Shown here: positions 18,090 to 26,184 of the stretch, piece by piece | Layout: each line of letters begins with the position of its first letter | Numbering within the stretch: position 1 is the stretch's first letter | Assembly (NCBI GenBank): GCA_033762115.1 | Contig: JANRLX010000114.1 | Coordinates: 1 to 39,580, forward strand | DNA: 39,580 bases | Direction of reading: 5' to 3' | From: Verrucomicrobiota bacterium | GTDB lineage: Bacteria; Verrucomicrobiota; Verrucomicrobiia; Limisphaerales; SXQI01 | The notes under the pieces: generated by a model | What the model was told of the DNA's origin: nothing | Databases searched by the model: none | The model's input: only the letters and a program-made list of their open reading frames with translations | Translations under genes and position numbers: made by a program

Positions 18090-19201
18090 CTTACTTTTGC
18101 CGTGAGCCAAAGCCCTATTGCTCCAAATACAAAATTCGGAAGCCAGGCCGCTATCCATGGCGTGAGGTAACCACCGGTCCCCAGCGCCAGACCGAATCGC
18201 ATGAGGACGAAAAATGCAAAGCAGATGAAAATGCTGCTTGCCACCCCCACAAAAATATTCCGGCGTCCTGACGCGGCCCCGAATGGCAACGCGATCAACA
18301 CCACCACCACACAGGTCCAGGGTTGTGAAAGCCGCGCGTGATATTGTGTTTCGAGTTTTGCCCGGTCCTTCGGATTCAGCATCAGGTGAGTCCGAAGATA
18401 ATTGATTTCATAAAGCGACAAACGCGGCTTTTTGGAAGCTTCAATCGTGCTCAATTTGTTGAACTTCACCTGGATTTTGATCTGCTCTGGCGTTTCCGTG
18501 AATTCCGGCATCACAAGGATGTTCGTTTGTATCCGGCCTGCTGTATCTTCAAAGTTCCTTGTCCGATCATAGGCAAATGCCTGGACATCATGAAAAACCC
18601 AGCCTGCATCTGCAGGTTCCCCGCGCTTCGCAAAAATCTTCCGGACAACTCCAGATGGCAGCACCCATTCAACCTGAGGATCGGTCATCTCTCCTGTTTT
18701 TAAATTATAGGAGGCAATGCTCCAGAAACGTTGATCGCGGGCATTTCGAAAATGAACGTTGGCGCGAATGTCAGGTGTTAAAGCCAGGTTTTGCCTTTTT
18801 GTGAGAATCATCTCGATCTGCTCCATCCCATCCGGGACTACATGCTCGTTCAGGGCGAACAACAGCAAACTGAACAACGCTCCCACTCCAAAATAAGGAA
18901 GCGCTGTTCGCCACAGCCCCACCCCGGCTGCTCTGATTGCGGTAATCTCATGGTAACGTGCATGATTCGACAACGCGTAAAGCAGGGCCAGCAGCAATGT
19001 GATCGGAAGCACCACAACGAGGAGGTCAGGAGCCTTGAAAAAATAGATTCGCGCAATTTCACCCGGGGTCAGCTTCAGTTCCTGGTACATCCCCATCTCA
19101 CTGAACAGATCAAAAGACATCCAGAAGATGAGAAAACCACCGAGGCAATAGCTCAGTGGTACCAGTAACTCACGTAATATATAGCGATCCAGTAACCGCA
19201 C
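18086..19201 (-). CDS. LptF/LptG family LPS export permease
   Basis: MRLLDRYILRE, EITAIRAAGV, three TM + periplasmic domain + three TM, and C-terminal PWIAAWLPN. GTG start. Confidence 0.92.
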   Translation of the reverse strand: MRLLDRYILRELLVPLSYCLGGFLIFWMSFDLFSEMGMYQELKLTPGEIARIYFFKAPDLLVVVLPITLLLALLYALSNHARYHEITAIRAAGVGLWRTALPYFGVGALFSLLLFALNEHVVPDGMEQIEMILTKRQNLALTPDIRANVHFRNARDQRFWSIASYNLKTGEMTDPQVEWVLPSGVVRKIFAKRGEPADAGWVFHDVQAFAYDRTRNFEDTAGRIQTNILVMPEFTETPEQIKIQVKFNKLSTIEASKKPRLSLYEINYLRTHLMLNPKDRAKLETQYHARLSQPWTCVVVVLIALPFGAASGRRNIFVGVASSIFICFAFFVLMRFGLALGTGGYLTPWIAAWLPNFVFGAIGLWLTAKVR

Positions 19202-19294
19202 TGCATCAACCTATCGAAACCACTGCCACAAAGGCAACGCGGGAAGGTCGGTTGCGGAATCTTTCCTCCGCATCCATATTGCAAAAGGAGGAGT

Positions 19295-20389
19295 ATGAGA
19301 TTGTCAGCAAAAGGGATTTGGGAATTATTCAGGGACGCTGCAAAGGATTGGATGTCTGACGGAGCTCCCCGTTTGGGGGCATCCCTGGCTTTTTATACGA
19401 TTTTTTCACTGTCACCATTGTTTGTTATTGCGATTGGATTGGTTGGTTTGGTGTTCGATGAGGAACTCGCCCGCCAACAGGTCTTTTCCCAGGTTAGCGG
19501 TCTCCTTGGAGAAAAAGGGGGCGAAGCGTTGCAGGCGATCATCACCAACCCGGAAAAGGAAACCACCGGTAAAATGGCCACCATTTTTGCCACAATCATG
19601 CTGATTGTCGGCGCTACCGGTGTTTTTGTGCAACTTCAGGACGCTTTGAATATCATTTGGGAGGTCAAACAAAAGCCTGGACAGGGAATCAAGGGGTTCA
19701 TCCGGCATCGCCTCCTTTCCTTCGCCATGGTCATGTCCATCGGTTTCCTCCTCCTGATTTCACTATTGGTTTCCGCGGCATTGGCAGGCATGACCAAATT
19801 CATGTCAGGGTGGTTTGGGGGGACGGAATTTATCGCACAAGCCCTCAATTTTACCGTTTCCCTGGCCGTGATCACGCTTCTTTTCGCCATGATTTTCAAA
19901 ATCATGCCGGACGTAAAGATTTCCTGGAAGGATGTCTGGATCGGGGCTGGATTTACTGCGCTGCTTTTCACTTTTGGCAAATTTGCCCTTGGAATGTACC
20001 TCGGACGCAGTTCAGTCGTCTCAATGTACGGGGCCGCCGGCTCCCTCGTGATCGTTTTACTTTGGGTCTATTACTCCTCGCAAATCCTATTTTTTGGCGT
20101 CGAACTAACTCAGGTGTATGCGAACCGGTTTGGTTCAACGGTGGAGCCGAGTAAACATGCAATCTGGGATGAGGACAGTTGTGACGTCAAACCGTCCAAT
20201 ACTGCCGAGGCAGAGGGAAAAGCCAGTCTGGCACCCGCTTTTAAGCCGATCCCCAAGCCATTCTCCGCTGCTGCCATGAGTTCAGCGTCAGTTGTCAAAC
20301 CACAATCAAAAAGCCCGGACCAATTTTCCTGGATGGGCGCGGCGGTGTTGCTGTTGCTGGTTGTGTTACCAGTAAAGAAAAAGCCCTGA
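19295..20389 (+). CDS. YihY/virulence factor BrkB family membrane protein
   Basis: GASLAFYTIFSLSPL, LQDALNIIW and YGAAGSLVIVLLWVYYSSQILFFG. Strong SD (AGGAGGAG) just before the ATG. Confidence 0.93.
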   Translation: MRLSAKGIWELFRDAAKDWMSDGAPRLGASLAFYTIFSLSPLFVIAIGLVGLVFDEELARQQVFSQVSGLLGEKGGEALQAIITNPEKETTGKMATIFATIMLIVGATGVFVQLQDALNIIWEVKQKPGQGIKGFIRHRLLSFAMVMSIGFLLLISLLVSAALAGMTKFMSGWFGGTEFIAQALNFTVSLAVITLLFAMIFKIMPDVKISWKDVWIGAGFTALLFTFGKFALGMYLGRSSVVSMYGAAGSLVIVLLWVYYSSQILFFGVELTQVYANRFGSTVEPSKHAIWDEDSCDVKPSNTAEAEGKASLAPAFKPIPKPFSAAAMSSASVVKPQSKSPDQFSWMGAAVLLLLVVLPVKKKP

Positions 20390-20492
20390 CGCAGCCGCAT
20401 CTAAAAACATTGCTCGAAGAATTCAGCCAGGATGGTCGGCATTTCATCTCTTTCCCCTTCCGTCCTGCTCCGGGATTGCCCATGCTCTTGCC

Positions 20493-22007
20493 ATGGCTGG
20501 TTTGATTGCAATTGTCGGTCGTCCAAATGTGGGCAAGTCCGCCCTTTTTAACAGGATTGTGGGGCGCCGTATTGCCATTGTTCATGATGAACCCGGCGTA
20601 ACGCGTGATCGCGTGGCGGCCGAGGCGGAGTGGCGTGGCAAGGCATTTACCCTGGTGGACACCGGGGGGATCGGGTTGCTCCGGGGGGAGAAATCAAAAG
20701 ACGTCATCACCAATGCGGCAGTGGAGCAGGTGCAACTTGCGATTGAGGAAGCGGCGGCAATAATCTTTGTGGTCAACGTGCAGGAAGGAATTACGCCGCT
20801 GGACCGGGAAGTTGCACAACGGCTCAGAGTTTCGGGTAAACCAGTCCTGGTCGCGGTCAACAAAGTCGATAACAGCAAGGCTGAAGGGGAGGCAGTTGAA
20901 TTTTCCGAGCTGGGCTTTGAACAGGTGTTTCCGGTCACTGCCATTCACGGCTACGGGATAGAACGTCTTGTCAATGCGGCTGTCGATTATCTGCCCGAAG
21001 AACCCGAACCCGAACAGGGAACTGAAGAAATCGAAGCCCTTAAACTCGCCATTGTCGGTCGTCCAAACGTCGGGAAATCTTCGATCATCAACGCGCTTAC
21101 CCGCTCTGACAGAGTCATTGTCAGCCCAATTGCCGGGACGACACGCGATGCGGTGGATGTGCCTTTTGAAGTCAACACTGAAGGACGTCGGGAGAAATAT
21201 ATCCTCATCGATACAGCCGGTGTGCGCCAGGAACGGCGAGTGGACAATTCAATTGAATTTTTCAGCGTCAAACGCACGGAAGATTCCATTGCCCGGGCTG
21301 ACATCGTCGTCTTTGTCATCGACGCTGAAGCTGGAATTACAGCCCAGGACAAAAAAATCGGCGGCAAAATTCAGGAGGAACGCAAAGCTTGTATTATCGT
21401 CATTAACAAATGGGACCTTGTCTCGGAGGACATCCTCAGGGCGCGCAAGGAGGAAATTGCCCGGCGTGATCGAAAGGAGCACACAGAGAATGCAAAACTC
21501 ACCACTCTTCATGAATTCGCTGGTTGGGTGCAGGAGCAACTTTTTTTCATGGACTACGCCCCGGTGATTTTTACCTCGGCAAAGTCCGGTTTCCATCTTG
21601 ACCGATTGCTCGAAGCGGTTCGCTACGTTTCCGCCCAACTCCAGCAGCAAATCCCTACGTCCCTGCTGAATCGCACTTTGAATGATGCCATTGAGCGACG
21701 GCAACCTGTGAGCTCAGGAGGCCACCGTTTAAAATTCTTTTATGCCACCCAGGTAAGAAAAGCGCCGCCTACTTTCCTCCTTTTTGTCAACAAGGATGAC
21801 CTTTTCTCCGATGCTTATAACAAGTATCTTGCGGGGCAGTTGCGCAAATCCTTCGGCTACGAAGGTTGCCCTATCCTTTTGGTCCCGAAACCTCGCCCCA
21901 AAACGGTCCAGCCCATACGAAAGTTCAAAACCAGGGAGCAGCCGCAGAAAAAGGGGAAAACTGCTCCATTGCGCAAACCGCGCGCATCCCGGAAACCGTC
22001 ACGCTAG
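20493..22007 (+). CDS. der: Ribosome biogenesis GTPase Der (EngA)
   Basis: Two tandem G domains (GRPNVGKS twice, DTGG/DTAG, NKVD/NKWD) and a C-terminal KH-like domain (YATQVRKAPPTF). Confidence 0.97.
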   Translation: MAGLIAIVGRPNVGKSALFNRIVGRRIAIVHDEPGVTRDRVAAEAEWRGKAFTLVDTGGIGLLRGEKSKDVITNAAVEQVQLAIEEAAAIIFVVNVQEGITPLDREVAQRLRVSGKPVLVAVNKVDNSKAEGEAVEFSELGFEQVFPVTAIHGYGIERLVNAAVDYLPEEPEPEQGTEEIEALKLAIVGRPNVGKSSIINALTRSDRVIVSPIAGTTRDAVDVPFEVNTEGRREKYILIDTAGVRQERRVDNSIEFFSVKRTEDSIARADIVVFVIDAEAGITAQDKKIGGKIQEERKACIIVINKWDLVSEDILRARKEEIARRDRKEHTENAKLTTLHEFAGWVQEQLFFMDYAPVIFTSAKSGFHLDRLLEAVRYVSAQLQQQIPTSLLNRTLNDAIERRQPVSSGGHRLKFFYATQVRKAPPTFLLFVNKDDLFSDAYNKYLAGQLRKSFGYEGCPILLVPKPRPKTVQPIRKFKTREQPQKKGKTAPLRKPRASRKPSR

Positions 22008-22087
22008 ATTTAACATGAAACCAGTTGACCGCCCCTCCCTTTCTGTGGTGTAAAAACGGCAGATGGTCGGATTGATCGGCCCTCCAT

Positions 22088-23065
22088 ATGGCTGAAACAA
22101 CTAAGGAATACCTCGTTGGAGTCGATTTGGGCGGAACAAAAATTCTTGCGGGAATTTTCAACCAGCAACTCAAGTGCCTCGGAAAAAGCAAAACGAGCAC
22201 CAAAGCAACCCGCGGTTCCGCTGCTGTCATTGAGCGGATTGCCCATTGCGTCAGCGATGCCGTTGATGAATGCGATCTGGACCTCAAGCAGGTCAGAGGC
22301 ATCGGCATTGGCGCGCCAGGCGCGGTTGACCCCGAGACAGGAAAAGTGATCTTTGCTCCCAATCTGGGATGGGAGGATATTCCGCTCAAGAAAGAGTTGG
22401 AAAAATTGTTGAACATCCCTGTTTTCCTCGAAAATGATGCCAGCATCTGCACCCTCGGCGTGCATACAGTCGAGCTCGATTCACGACCCCGCCATTTGGT
22501 TGGGATTTTCCTGGGGACCGGGATCGGCGCTGGATTGATTCTGGATGGAAAATTGTTTTCCGGGTTCAACCGCACAGCAGGCGAAATCGGGCATATGGTC
22601 CTGGAAGTCGCCGGACCAAAGTGCGCCTGCGGAAATCGTGGCTGCTTTGAAGCGCTCGCTGGTCGGCAGGCAATTTTCCGGCGGATTCAAACCGCAATCA
22701 AGGAAGGACAAAAAACAGTGCTTACTGAGATGCTCGGGTCGGACCTTTCCGACATGCGCAGCGGAGATCTTCGAAAAGCCTTGAAACGAGGCGATAAACT
22801 GGTGGAAAAAGTCATCGAGGAAGCTGCGGAATATACCGGAATAGCCTGTGCGAATATCATTAACCTGATCAATCCTGAAGTGATTGTGCTGGGTGGCGGA
22901 GTCATCGATGCGCTGGAGGATGAGATGATGGCGATCATCCTCGAAACAGCCCATGACTACGCGCTGGCGGGGACGGATCGAAACATTGAAATCCGTGCTT
23001 CCAAGCTTGGAGACGATGCGGGAATTTACGGCGGGGCAGTCCTGGCGCGCAGGGAAACGAAATAA
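22088..23065 (+). CDS. ROK family sugar kinase (glucokinase-like)
   Basis: GVDLGGTK, ENDA, GTGIGAG, GEIGH, Zn motif CACGNRGCFE and LGGG. No HTH. Confidence 0.92.
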   Translation: MAETTKEYLVGVDLGGTKILAGIFNQQLKCLGKSKTSTKATRGSAAVIERIAHCVSDAVDECDLDLKQVRGIGIGAPGAVDPETGKVIFAPNLGWEDIPLKKELEKLLNIPVFLENDASICTLGVHTVELDSRPRHLVGIFLGTGIGAGLILDGKLFSGFNRTAGEIGHMVLEVAGPKCACGNRGCFEALAGRQAIFRRIQTAIKEGQKTVLTEMLGSDLSDMRSGDLRKALKRGDKLVEKVIEEAAEYTGIACANIINLINPEVIVLGGGVIDALEDEMMAIILETAHDYALAGTDRNIEIRASKLGDDAGIYGGAVLARRETK

Positions 23066-23069
23066 TCCT

Positions 23070-24002
23070 ATGGCTCCCGCCGAGACCCGTGCGGTCATTG
23101 ATGTCGGCACCAATTCAGTCAAGCTGCTGATCGCTGAAGTGCAGGGGCGGACAGTCCTCCCAATTTTTGAAGGGAGTGAGCAGACCCGCCTCGGACAGGG
23201 ATTTTACCAAACGCACATGCTTCAGCCCGAGGCAATCAAGGCAACAGCGCACGCTGTTCAGCAATTTTGTCATTACGCAGCGGTATACCATCCGAAACGC
23301 ATTTCGATCATCGGAACCAGCGCCGCCCGGGATGCGGTGAACCAAAAGGAATTGCTGAGTGCAATTGAGAACGCGACGGGTATTCCAATGACAGTCATTT
23401 CAGGGGCGCAGGAAGCTGCCCTGGCATTTGCCGGGGTGTGCACCGACCCACGGTTCCAGGACACTCCCCTGCTCGTGGTGGATATTGGAGGCGGTTCCAC
23501 CGAGTTTATCCTCGGAAAGCAGCAAAAAATTCAATATGCCGGGAGTTTTCCGATGGGAACCGTGCGACTGATGGAACAGTTTCCGGACGCTGAATTGAAG
23601 CTCGAAAAAACCAAGTCTGAAGCATTTGACTGGATCTTAACTTTTCTCAAGGAACAGGTTTCCCCGCATTTTGCCCCATTTTTAAAAGAGCAAAAGGTCA
23701 CTCTGGTGGGAACAGGTGGCACCTGCACGATCATGGCGCGGGTGCAACTTGCATTGGATCACTACGATCGGGCGAAGATCGAATCGGTTTCTTTGCCCCA
23801 TGCGGGAGCTGCGGCGCAGCACGATCAGCTTTGGTCAATGCCGTTACAATCACGCATGGAAATTCCTGGAGTTCCAGCCAAGCGGGCGGATGTTATTTTA
23901 ATGGGCAGCGCGATCATGCGTGGCATCATGGAGAGCTTTTCATTTCCGGAGTTTTTCGTCAGTATGCGCGGCTTACGCTATGCAGCGGCGCTTTCGGACT
24001 AG
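23070..24002 (+). CDS. ppx: Ppx/GppA family phosphatase (short form)
   Basis: [34 protein letters not shown] and GLRY. About 310 aa with no C-terminal HD domain. Confidence 0.9.
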   Translation: MAPAETRAVIDVGTNSVKLLIAEVQGRTVLPIFEGSEQTRLGQGFYQTHMLQPEAIKATAHAVQQFCHYAAVYHPKRISIIGTSAARDAVNQKELLSAIENATGIPMTVISGAQEAALAFAGVCTDPRFQDTPLLVVDIGGGSTEFILGKQQKIQYAGSFPMGTVRLMEQFPDAELKLEKTKSEAFDWILTFLKEQVSPHFAPFLKEQKVTLVGTGGTCTIMARVQLALDHYDRAKIESVSLPHAGAAAQHDQLWSMPLQSRMEIPGVPAKRADVILMGSAIMRGIMESFSFPEFFVSMRGLRYAAALSD

Positions 24003-24654
24003 AAAAGGCGGATTTACATTAATTGAATTACTGGTGGTGATTGCCATTATCGCCATCCTGGTAGCGCTGCTTCTTTCTGGCATCACCCAGGCAAAGGCCA
24101 AGGCACGAGCAATCACCTGCACCAACAATCTTCGGCAATGGGGTGTGGCATTGCACCTCTATCTTGCAGATTATGATGATTATCTTCCTCCGGAAGGAAC
24201 CGGGACCACATTGAATCGCCATACCGGCTGGTACGTGGTATTGCCGGTAATGCTCGGGTTACCAAGTTATTTTGATATGCCCTGGCATACCAATGCGAGC
24301 GCACCCCTCCCTCCTTCCATTTTTATTTGTCCCTCAAACACAAACCGCAGCAATGGAAATAACCTGTTTCATTACTGCATGAATGAGCATGTTGATGAAA
24401 CGGGAGAGAGCGACCAACCCCGGCGGTTCTCCACCGTCCCGACTCCTGCAAAGGTAGTCTGGCTTTTTGATAACGGAAAGCGGGCCGCCCGTGCACAGCA
24501 AAACAATGTTCACACCAATGCACATAACAAAGGGGCAAACTTCCTGTTTTTGGATGCCCATGTGGCCCGTTTCAGGAGCAGTGAATATTGGGATTTCAAC
24601 GCAAACAAAGGAAGGACGAACCATCCTTCCCTGATCTGGAAGCCATTCCTTTGA
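23980..24654 (+). CDS. Prepilin-type N-terminal cleavage/methylation protein (DUF1559 / H-X9-DG family)
   Basis: Basic leader then [28 protein letters not shown] and C-terminal [14 protein letters not shown]. Confidence 0.92.
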   Translation: MQRRFRTRKGGFTLIELLVVIAIIAILVALLLSGITQAKAKARAITCTNNLRQWGVALHLYLADYDDYLPPEGTGTTLNRHTGWYVVLPVMLGLPSYFDMPWHTNASAPLPPSIFICPSNTNRSNGNNLFHYCMNEHVDETGESDQPRRFSTVPTPAKVVWLFDNGKRAARAQQNNVHTNAHNKGANFLFLDAHVARFRSSEYWDFNANKGRTNHPSLIWKPFL

Positions 24655-24738
24655 TGTTGGCAAGCAACGACGATAACGTTAACGTAAACCGAGCATTTCT
24701 CGCTTCTTAAATAAAAATTTGCCGTGAAAAGGAATTTT

Positions 24739-24765
24739 GAACAGTTTCGAAATCGAAACGTCTGA
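24739..24765 (+). promoter_or_regulatory. Candidate ECF/sigmaE-like promoter with a 7-2-7 inverted repeat in the spacer
   Basis: GAACAG-N16-TCTGA. The palindrome GTTTCGA-AA-TCGAAAC lies at 24744-24759. Confidence 0.45.
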
Positions 24766-24771
24766 AATGAT

Positions 24772-24911
24772 GTAGTTGGTTGGTTTGTGTTACGGTCCGA
24801 GTGGGTGGGTTCCCACTCCGCATATAATGGTCCATCTGCATCGCGGGTGGAGTTGTCGGGTAGTTTGGTTGTTTGGGTAAGCGGGCATCGAAAGGTGCCC
24901 GCTTTTCTTTT
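24772..24911 (+). ncRNA. Candidate small RNA or structured leader (~140 nt), family not recognised
   Basis: Three hairpins: 24799-24818, 24831-24851 (two G-U pairs) and 24879-24904 (GAAA loop, U-tail). Two GU-rich single-stranded tracts. Lies in the largest intergenic gap of the window. Confidence 0.55.
24879..24911 (+). terminator. Rho-independent terminator
   Basis: AAGCGGGCATC-GAAA-GGTGCCCGCTT followed by TTCTTTT. Confidence 0.85.
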
Positions 24912-24952
24912 GTTGATCTTCAGTCCAAGGATGAGTTCAATCTTACCGCCGT

Positions 24953-25327
24953 ATGACCAAACCGCTTGCCTTGATTTTTTACGAACGCCTTCTTCCTGGC
25001 AGCCAGTTGGTCAATCGACTTCAGGACCTGGGATATCGCGTCACCACTGTCAACGACCTGGGCGCCTTGACCATTCAGGCTAAATCGGAAAAACCGATGT
25101 TGATCGTGATGGATTTGACCAGTGACCGCGGAGACACAGGCGAGGTCATTCGCGAACTGAAAGGCAATTCCGAAACCGCTTACATGCCGGTGCTTGCGTT
25201 TGCTTCAGCGGACAATCGAAAACTGCTTTCCCGCGGCTCTGAAGGTGGCGCTGATCTCGTGGCCATGGACGATGCGATCCTTCCCCAGCTTCCCCATCTT
25301 TTGGATCAGGTTCTTGAGGTAAACTGA
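24953..25327 (+). CDS. Stand-alone receiver-like (atypical REC) protein
   Basis: CheY-like pattern (LGYRV...KPMLIVMDL...PVLAF...GADLV). The phospho-acceptor Asp is retained but the other canonical residues are altered. Confidence 0.8.
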   Translation: MTKPLALIFYERLLPGSQLVNRLQDLGYRVTTVNDLGALTIQAKSEKPMLIVMDLTSDRGDTGEVIRELKGNSETAYMPVLAFASADNRKLLSRGSEGGADLVAMDDAILPQLPHLLDQVLEVN

Positions 25328-25330
25328 GTT

Positions 25331-26143
25331 ATGCCATTGCCTGCTGTTAAACTGACCCGTGGCATCCATGTGATGCACCTCTTTTACAAAGTGGATCGCG
25401 CCAAATGGGAACAAAATTCGGCAACTTCCAGTGAATCGTTAAAAAAACTGGAGTTACTCTGCTCCCGGAATAGCGCCCCTTCCCATCCTCGCCTGACCAC
25501 CTACGCCAATGTCGGCGGCAAGGCAGATCTTGCGTTCATGCTGATGGCTGCGGAATTGGGAGAAATCGGGCAAATGCACCGTGACCTGGAAACCTGTTTC
25601 CCCTCTGGAGCGCTGCAAAGCATCTATACTTACCTCAGCATCACCGAGCTTCCCGATTACGTGACGAGTGAGGAGGATATGCGAAACTCGCTGGTTCGTG
25701 ATGAAAAGCTCTCACCCGGCACTCCAGAATTCGTGACGCGCCTCATCGCGTTAAAGGAGCGCCATGCACAGTATGAGCATTATCGGTTGTACCCGGAGAT
25801 GCCGGATTGGGAAGTGATGGGATTTTACCCCATGAGCAAACGTCGTACCGGGATGTATAATTGGTACTCCCTGGATTTTGAAGCCCGCAAAAAGCTCATG
25901 ACCGGTCACGCTCGAGTTGGGCGCAAGTATGCCGGGCGAATTTCCCAACTTATCACCGGCTCCACCGGTTTGGACGACTGGGAATGGGGCGTTACATTGA
26001 TGGCTCATCAAACTGATGCCCTAAAGGAAATTGTTTATGAAATGCGCTTCGACGAGGTAAGCGCCCGTTACGGGGAATTTGGTCCCTTTTACGTGAATCT
26101 TCGGCTTCAACCCGCTGATCTTTGGCCCCATTTACACCTTTAA
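25331..26143 (+). CDS. hemQ: Coproheme decarboxylase (ChdC/HemQ, chlorite dismutase-like family)
   Basis: FYPMSKRR..NWY, proximal His in LMTGHARVGRKY, Gln in ISQLITGSTGLDDWEWGVTL, and VYEMRFDEVSARYGEFGPF. Confidence 0.85.
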   Translation: MPLPAVKLTRGIHVMHLFYKVDRAKWEQNSATSSESLKKLELLCSRNSAPSHPRLTTYANVGGKADLAFMLMAAELGEIGQMHRDLETCFPSGALQSIYTYLSITELPDYVTSEEDMRNSLVRDEKLSPGTPEFVTRLIALKERHAQYEHYRLYPEMPDWEVMGFYPMSKRRTGMYNWYSLDFEARKKLMTGHARVGRKYAGRISQLITGSTGLDDWEWGVTLMAHQTDALKEIVYEMRFDEVSARYGEFGPFYVNLRLQPADLWPHLHL

Positions 26144-26184
26144 ACCTCGAGAATTGCCTGAAACTCTCGTAAATTGAGGTAAGA

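Noticed and set aside
18090..18158. Longer ORF-track starts for several genes (kinase 18158, ppx 22953, pilin 23920, cupin 39248, hypothetical 2957, binding protein 8693)
   Set aside because: The extensions mostly overlap neighbouring genes; internal ATGs give typical N-termini and stop/start coupling.
19253..19290. Possible general-stress ECF promoter (GGAAT...) or hairpin TGCGGA/TCCGCA before yihY
   Set aside because: No convincing -10 element at the right spacing.
21925..23122. 216 aa and 213 aa minus-strand ORFs
   Set aside because: Antisense to the ROK kinase and the ends of its neighbours.
24676..24685. Perfect 10 bp palindrome ACGTTAACGT
   Set aside because: Short enough to arise by chance and I saw no second copy; it could still be an operator.
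24787..25083. 98 aa ORF crossing the sRNA candidate
   Set aside because: It runs through a strong terminator, overlaps the REC gene out of frame and has no protein-like features.
25331..26143. Chlorite dismutase (perchlorate/chlorite respiration) call
   Set aside because: It lacks the distal Arg and a signal peptide; the motifs fit ChdC/HemQ.
26144..26184. Hairpin that could hide a GAGGT SD before hemW
   Set aside because: The stems are short and the true hemW start is uncertain.
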